Shown here piece after piece: positions 59,112 through 64,000 of a DNA stretch of 64,000 nt. The translations under genes were made by a program, and so were the position numbers. The stretch spans positions 198,410-262,409 of the forward strand of contig JAWLBH010000001.1 in the NCBI GenBank assembly GCA_041395025.1, read 5' to 3'. Under the pieces are notes generated by a model. It made no database searches. It was not told the origin of the DNA and saw only the letters and a program-made list of their open reading frames with translations. Every line of letters begins with the position of its first letter. The stretch's first letter is position 1. Origin of the DNA: Chlamydiales bacterium (GTDB taxonomy: Bacteria > Chlamydiota > Chlamydiia > Chlamydiales > JAAKFR01).

Positions 59112-60995
59112 ATGCGTCGATCTATTTGCTACTCTGAACCACAGATCGCCCGTTCTGGGCAAACCTCTACTTGGAAATTTCAATATACAACGGCTAATTC
59201 TCTTCCTGAAGGGACACGATTGAAATTTGATATTTTGAGTCAGGGTCGAGATATTGACTGGGAAGTCCCCTCAGTGAATCTAGAGGAAGAGGCTAATGTC
59301 ATCTATCTTGAGCTTGAAAATGGGCAAATTGTTCAGTTTGAAGAGGTGGAAAATCCCAATATGATTGTACCACAGTTCACTTGCGTACTCCCAAAAAGCA
59401 TGAAAATTGGACAGAAATTTACAATCTTTATAGGCGCACCTCCTACAGCTCATAAGGATTCAAGCGACTGTGGGAATGAATGCCAGCTTACAATTCAACG
59501 TCGTCGTCCTTTTTACCTCTATATTGATCCTAAGGGAAAAGGAAATTATGAAGATCCAGAAATCTTTACAATTGATATTCGTGGAAATAAATTGCATACG
59601 ATTAAAATCCTTACTCCTTCTTTTGTCGTTAAAAATAAACGCTTTGACATTACTGTTCGTTTTGAAGATGAGTTTGGAAATCTGACTAACTTTGCCCCTA
59701 CAGAAACTCTTATTGAACTTTCTTACGAGCATTTAAGAGAAAATTTAAACTGGAAACTTTTTGTCCCTGAAGCAGGGTTTGTTACACTTCCTAATCTTTA
59801 CTTTAATGAAGCTGGTGTATATAGGATTCAATTAAAAAACCTCCATAATAATCACATTTATACCTCTCCACCAATTAAGTGTTTTGCAGAAAATAGTGAT
59901 CATTTATTTTGGGGCCTCTTGCATGGTGAATCAGAACGTGTAGATTCTACTGAAAACATTGAAAATTGCCTCCGTCACTTCCGTGATGAAAAAGCCTTTA
60001 ATTTTTTTGCAACTTCTTCTTTTGATAGTGTAGACGAAACATCTAATGAACTTTGGAAGACTCTTTGTCAAAATATTGCGGATTTCAATGAAGAAGACCG
60101 GTTTGTGGCGATTCCTGGGTTTCAATATCGAGGAGAACCTGGGAAAGAGGGGTTAAGAGAAATTCTCTATTATAAAGATAATAAATCTATCTTACGCCAA
60201 AAAGAGCTAAAAAATTCTTCTTTAGAAAAAATCTATAAAACCTTCACAACAAAAGATATTCTTTCCATTCCTACTTTTACTATGGGAGAAGGGAACCATT
60301 TTGATTTCAAAGAATTTAACCAAGATTTTGAACGGGTTGTGGAAATCTATAATGCATGGGGAAGCTCAGAAGAAATGGCTTCTACTCATCCCATTACAGG
60401 TCAGGTTGAGGCAAATCCTCAAGGTTCTATTATTGAAGCACTCAAGAAAAATTTGCGTTTTGGCTTTGTTGCAGGAGGATTAGATGATCGTGGAATATAT
60501 AGCGAATTCTACCATAGTGAACAATTGCAGTATAATCCAGGTTTAACAGCAATTATTTGTGAAAAATATACACGTGAATCGATCTTAGAGGCCTTAGCTA
60601 AACGCAATTGCTATGCTACAACAGGAGCACGCATAATTGTAGGTTTTTACATAGCAGGTCATCCTATGGGATCAGAGCTAAGCAGTCATCTTAAACCTGG
60701 TTTAATGGTCAATAGACATCTTTCAGGTTATGTTGCTGGAACTGACAAGATTAAATTAATTGAAATTATTCGTAATGGAAAAGTGATGCATACTTTTCAA
60801 CCAAAAGACTATCATTATGATTACCAATTCGATGATATGGAACCATTAGATAAAATCACTCTTGATGGAAAAGAGAAGAATCCTTTTGTCTTTTACTATT
60901 TAAGGGTCACTCAAGAAAATAAACATATTGCTTGGAGCTCTCCAATTTGGATTGATTATTCAATAAAGATCGTCAATAAAACCAACCAAAAATGA
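59112..60995 (+). CDS. Conserved hypothetical protein with DUF3604-like C-terminal half
   Basis: 627 aa. C-terminal strings EALAKRNCYATTGARII and FYYLRVTQENKHIAWSSPIWI resemble DUF3604 as I remember it. The N-terminal metal-binding HxH of that family is not evident (WGLLHGES). Confidence 0.45.
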   Translation: MRRSICYSEPQIARSGQTSTWKFQYTTANSLPEGTRLKFDILSQGRDIDWEVPSVNLEEEANVIYLELENGQIVQFEEVENPNMIVPQFTCVLPKSMKIGQKFTIFIGAPPTAHKDSSDCGNECQLTIQRRRPFYLYIDPKGKGNYEDPEIFTIDIRGNKLHTIKILTPSFVVKNKRFDITVRFEDEFGNLTNFAPTETLIELSYEHLRENLNWKLFVPEAGFVTLPNLYFNEAGVYRIQLKNLHNNHIYTSPPIKCFAENSDHLFWGLLHGESERVDSTENIENCLRHFRDEKAFNFFATSSFDSVDETSNELWKTLCQNIADFNEEDRFVAIPGFQYRGEPGKEGLREILYYKDNKSILRQKELKNSSLEKIYKTFTTKDILSIPTFTMGEGNHFDFKEFNQDFERVVEIYNAWGSSEEMASTHPITGQVEANPQGSIIEALKKNLRFGFVAGGLDDRGIYSEFYHSEQLQYNPGLTAIICEKYTRESILEALAKRNCYATTGARIIVGFYIAGHPMGSELSSHLKPGLMVNRHLSGYVAGTDKIKLIEIIRNGKVMHTFQPKDYHYDYQFDDMEPLDKITLDGKEKNPFVFYYLRVTQENKHIAWSSPIWIDYSIKIVNKTNQK

Positions 60996-61192
60996 ATAAT
61001 TCTCTTTCTCTTACAATAGTGATTTCAATTATTTTAATGGGATGTGTAGTATTTGGATTAGGAATTGGATTGTTTTTCACAGGCAAATCAAAGCTAAATC
61101 GAGGATGTGGTAGACCTCAAGAAGATAAGAAAAATGGTCGTTCATGCTCTATCTGTCAAAATGAAAAAGATGTATGTAAAAAAAACAAATAA
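60992..61192 (+). CDS. Small single-pass membrane protein with C-terminal 4-Cys cluster (NqrM/DUF539-like?)
   Basis: 66 aa. One TM segment (LTIVISIILMGCVVFGLGIGLFF), then KSKLNRGCG...CSIC...VC. The architecture is reminiscent of Na+-NQR maturation factor NqrM. The 3' end overlaps the next gene. Confidence 0.35.
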   Translation: MNNSLSLTIVISIILMGCVVFGLGIGLFFTGKSKLNRGCGRPQEDKKNGRSCSICQNEKDVCKKNK

Positions 61193-62261
61193 CCAAACCC
61201 TACATCGTATTCTAGATAAAGTCTGTCATCAGGAACGTCTGACTCCTGAAGAAGCACTTTCTTTGCTAAAAACAACTCATCCTGATGAACTGGAATGCAT
61301 TCGCTCAATGGCAGACAAGGTAAGAGAAGAAAAAGTAGGTCATGTTGTCACTTTTGCTTCGACTCTCTATATCCATCCTACAAATCTATGTGAACTTAAT
61401 TGTCCTCTTTGTTCATTTTATGCAAAGCCAGGATGGAAAAAAGCCTGGTTTCTTACACCTGCAGATATTCAAAAAAAAATTCAAATGAATCTCAATCAAG
61501 GGCTAACAGAAATTCATATAGTTGGAGGTTTGTGGCGCGAATGTAACTTGGATTATTATGAGGAGGTATTTAAACAGATCAAAACACTTGATCCTAATCT
61601 CCATATTAAAGCATTAACTCCAGTCGAATATGATTTTTTATCAAAACTTCATCATATTTCTATTCAAGAAGTCTTCAAAAAAATGATGAGTTGGGGGTTA
61701 GGCTCTCTTCCAGGTGGTGGAGCAGAAATTTTGGTTGAGGAGATTAGAAAGAAGATTGCCCCAGGGAAAATCACTTCCGATGAATATCTCGCAATTCATA
61801 AGCAAGCTCACTTGCTTGGTTTACACTCAAATATTACTATGCTTTTTGGACATCTTGAAACCTATGAGCATATTGTGACTCACTTAACTAAAGTGCGTGA
61901 TCTTCAAGATGATACAAATGGTTTTCGTGCATTTATTCCCTTAAAATTTGGAGAAGAAAATAATGCACTTGGAAAAAGAAAAAATGCACTGAAAAATAAA
62001 AATACTCCCCTAATCTATGCTGTTTCTCGTCTATTTTTAGATAATATCCCTCATCTAAAAATTCTTTGGAATTATATTGGAATAAAAGATGCGTTAGAAA
62101 TTCTCAGATGGGGTGGAAATGATCTCTCTTCCACAAATACAGAGGAAAAAATCATTGCCATGGCTGGAGGTTCGAATTTGATTATGAATAAAGAGACAAT
62201 GGCAAGTTTAATTCTTAAAGCAGGAAGAACTCCTCTTTTAACTCATTCAGGTTCTATGTAA
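61107..62261 (+). CDS. Radical SAM enzyme of the futalosine menaquinone pathway (MqnC/MqnE type)
   Basis: CELNCPLC radical-SAM cluster motif, CofH/Mqn-like length. Immediately followed by mqnA-like and ubiE genes. The true start is probably one of the internal Mets (61161 or 61170). Confidence 0.8.
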   Translation: MVDLKKIRKMVVHALSVKMKKMYVKKTNNQTLHRILDKVCHQERLTPEEALSLLKTTHPDELECIRSMADKVREEKVGHVVTFASTLYIHPTNLCELNCPLCSFYAKPGWKKAWFLTPADIQKKIQMNLNQGLTEIHIVGGLWRECNLDYYEEVFKQIKTLDPNLHIKALTPVEYDFLSKLHHISIQEVFKKMMSWGLGSLPGGGAEILVEEIRKKIAPGKITSDEYLAIHKQAHLLGLHSNITMLFGHLETYEHIVTHLTKVRDLQDDTNGFRAFIPLKFGEENNALGKRKNALKNKNTPLIYAVSRLFLDNIPHLKILWNYIGIKDALEILRWGGNDLSSTNTEEKIIAMAGGSNLIMNKETMASLILKAGRTPLLTHSGSM

Positions 62262-62987
62262 ATGGTGCATCTTGGAATAGTGAGTTATATCAATGCTCTG
62301 CCCTTTTATCTTCCTTTTAAATTGGGAGTACTGAAGACAACACACACTTTTGAGTATGGAATTCCCACAATTTTAAATGACTATTTACGTACAGAAAAAA
62401 TCGAAGCAGCTCTGACTAGTTCCATTGAATATTTACAAGGTTCTTACCAACTGGCTCCTGATCTTTGCATTGCAACGTATCAAGAATCTTTAAGTGTCAA
62501 TCTCTATTTACGAGGCAAATTAGAAGGAGGATCTATCGGTTTGACCCATCAGAGTGCGACTTCTGTGATTTTATTAAAAATTCTATGCCGTCACTTTTGG
62601 AATGTCACCCCTCAGTTTTTTCCTCTTATAAAAGGTAAGAGTTATGATGGAATCCTGATGATTGGAGATGATGCGCTTAAACGTTTAACCATTCCTCATC
62701 ATAAAACAATTGATCTAGCAACTGCTTGGTATCAAATGACAGGCTTACCTTTTGTCTTTGCAGTCATTGCCATAAGAAAAGGAGTACTCTTTGATAGCAA
62801 AGAACTTCGACAAGCATTAGAATGGAGCAAGATCCACCGTCAACATCTAGTTGAGGTGGCCTATCACCAGACACAATTACCCAAATTGCTTATTAATCAT
62901 TATTATGACAGTTTCCATTACCAACTCAAAGAAAGAGAACTTGAAGGGCTCGATCTGTTTAAAAAACTAAAAGAAGATGTATCATAA
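62262..62987 (+). CDS. mqnA: MqnA-like chorismate dehydratase (futalosine pathway)
   Basis: 241 aa. N-terminal LGIVSYINALPFYLP and overall periplasmic-binding-protein-like pattern. Sits between the radical SAM gene and ubiE. Confidence 0.7.
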   Translation: MVHLGIVSYINALPFYLPFKLGVLKTTHTFEYGIPTILNDYLRTEKIEAALTSSIEYLQGSYQLAPDLCIATYQESLSVNLYLRGKLEGGSIGLTHQSATSVILLKILCRHFWNVTPQFFPLIKGKSYDGILMIGDDALKRLTIPHHKTIDLATAWYQMTGLPFVFAVIAIRKGVLFDSKELRQALEWSKIHRQHLVEVAYHQTQLPKLLINHYYDSFHYQLKERELEGLDLFKKLKEDVS

Positions 62988-63702
62988 ATCCAAACCTGAA
63001 TCTATTCAGGCTATGTTTGCCAGTATTGCTAAAAATTATGACTATGCAAATACGATTTTCTCATTTGGTTGTCATAAAATGTGGAATAGAAAATTAATTC
63101 AATCGGTGACTCAGGCAAATATTTTGCTGGATCTATGTTCTGGAACTGGTGAAATTGGATTAGGTTTTTTAGCAAAGAGTCAAAATAGCCAAGCTATTCT
63201 CTTAGACTTTTGTCCTGAAATGTTAGAAATTGCAAAAGAAAAAGGAAGTGCATTCCAAAAACGTTATCGCCTTATTGAAGGAGATGCCCAAGATATTCCC
63301 CTAGAAACAGATTCAGTTGATGCTGTGACAATAGCTTATGGTATCCGTAATGTGCAAAATCCTACACAATGTTTTAAAGAGGTCATTCGTGTTTTAAAAC
63401 CAGAAGGATGCTTTGCAATTTTAGAGTTAACTCGACCAAGTTCTCCTTTCTTACGTTTTGCACATAAAATTTATTTGAAATTTTTCCTTCCTTTTTTAGG
63501 TAAATGTATAGCTAAAAATATTTATGCTTATCGCTATCTCTCTAAAAGTATAGAGAATTTTGCCTCGTGCAATGAACTAGAAGGACAACTAAGAGATACA
63601 GGATTCAGGAAAGTAAAAATTATTCCTCTTATGGGAGGTTTAGCCACCTTATTTATCTCGACTCTTCACAAAAAAAATCCTAGACATATTTCAAAAAAAT
63701 AG
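62977..63702 (+). CDS. ubiE: Demethylmenaquinone methyltransferase
   Basis: 241 aa. YDYANTIFSFGCHKMWNRK, SAM motif LDLCSGTGEI, IAYGIRNV, VLKPEGCFAILE. Confidence 0.9.
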   Translation: MYHKSKPESIQAMFASIAKNYDYANTIFSFGCHKMWNRKLIQSVTQANILLDLCSGTGEIGLGFLAKSQNSQAILLDFCPEMLEIAKEKGSAFQKRYRLIEGDAQDIPLETDSVDAVTIAYGIRNVQNPTQCFKEVIRVLKPEGCFAILELTRPSSPFLRFAHKIYLKFFLPFLGKCIAKNIYAYRYLSKSIENFASCNELEGQLRDTGFRKVKIIPLMGGLATLFISTLHKKNPRHISKK

Positions 63703-63750
63703 CCATCATCAGGGGGTTTTCATAGTTTATGAAATGAGTGAAAGATTTTT

Positions 63751-64000
63751 ATGTCATCAAACCCTGTAACGCAACTTTCTTTTTATTTAAAAGACTCATA
63801 CTTAGTTCCATCAAGTTGTTTAGAAGAAAGTCGTTTAGAAGACGAACAAGCTCTTGAAATAGAAAAACAAAAGATTACAAAACTTGTTCTCGCGACACTC
63901 CATGAAAATAGGAAATTGCAAAAAGAACTGATAGAAGATAGGAATAGTGATCTAGAAAGTCTCATTGCTCTCAATCTGATTGATCAATTAGTCTCGCCTC
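63751..64000 (+). CDS. Hypothetical protein, N-terminal part only (runs off window end)
   Basis: ATG at 63751 opens MSSNPVTQLSFYLKDSYLVPSSCLEESRLEDEQALEIEKQKITKLVLATLHENRKLQKELIEDRNS..., open to the window edge. Same strand as the upstream operon. Preferred over the antisense track ORF 63783-63974. Confidence 0.4.
   Translation, partial: MSSNPVTQLSFYLKDSYLVPSSCLEESRLEDEQALEIEKQKITKLVLATLHENRKLQKELIEDRNSDLESLIALNLIDQLVSP

Noticed and set aside
63783-63974. 63-aa minus-strand ORF at the right edge
   Set aside because: The plus strand has an ATG-initiated ORF (63751 onward) that stays open to the window end and continues the direction of the upstream operon. The antisense ORF is Ser/Phe/Leu-rich low-complexity sequence.

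Overview
AT-rich chromosomal segment. Gene content and local gene order point to a member of the Chlamydiae, most likely an environmental, amoeba-associated lineage; this assignment is inference, not a database hit. Supporting features are the long insert-containing IspG, an ~800-aa YidC next to dnaA and lgt, a Pkn1-type kinase with an FGE/SUMF1 domain next to ligA, PPi-dependent PFK, waaA-leuS, futalosine-pathway menaquinone genes, RsbV, and many Inc-like proteins. About two thirds of the window is housekeeping: hemL, TamA/TamB-like pair, ispG, mlaEFD, rplM-rpsI, miaB, ligA, yidC, dnaA, acpS, trxB, pfp, waaA, leuS, rnr, mpg, ybeY, corC-like, mqn/ubiE. Four tRNA loci are present, as a duplicated elongator-Met(CAU) plus initiator-fMet pair. 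I saw no rRNA, CRISPR array, integrase or transposase. The parts worth a second look are lineage-specific. (1) A ~6.6-kb accessory island (39.5-46.3 kb) holds genes sharing a promoter plus an Inc-type N-terminal membrane-hairpin cassette fused to different C-terminal domains. These domains are an NPPY SAM-methyltransferase and an unknown, faintly kinase-like domain. The island also shows pseudogenisation, a 117-bp in-frame repeat and a C10 tract, and is bounded by a 271-bp direct repeat that duplicates two tRNAs plus the last 52 nt of waaA. (2) Further Inc-like proteins lie outside the island: a 1122-aa protein carrying a CKDDLDR (CX5R) string, plus proteins of 834 aa and 98 aa. (3) A candidate type III effector locus has a 776-aa protein, a decayed tandem paralogue and two CesT-like chaperones. 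(4) An in-frame Lgt::GDP-fucose synthase fusion. (5) A Pkn1-like kinase whose catalytic-loop Asp is Ala. All functional calls rest on motifs I read in the translations. No searches or structure predictions were run.
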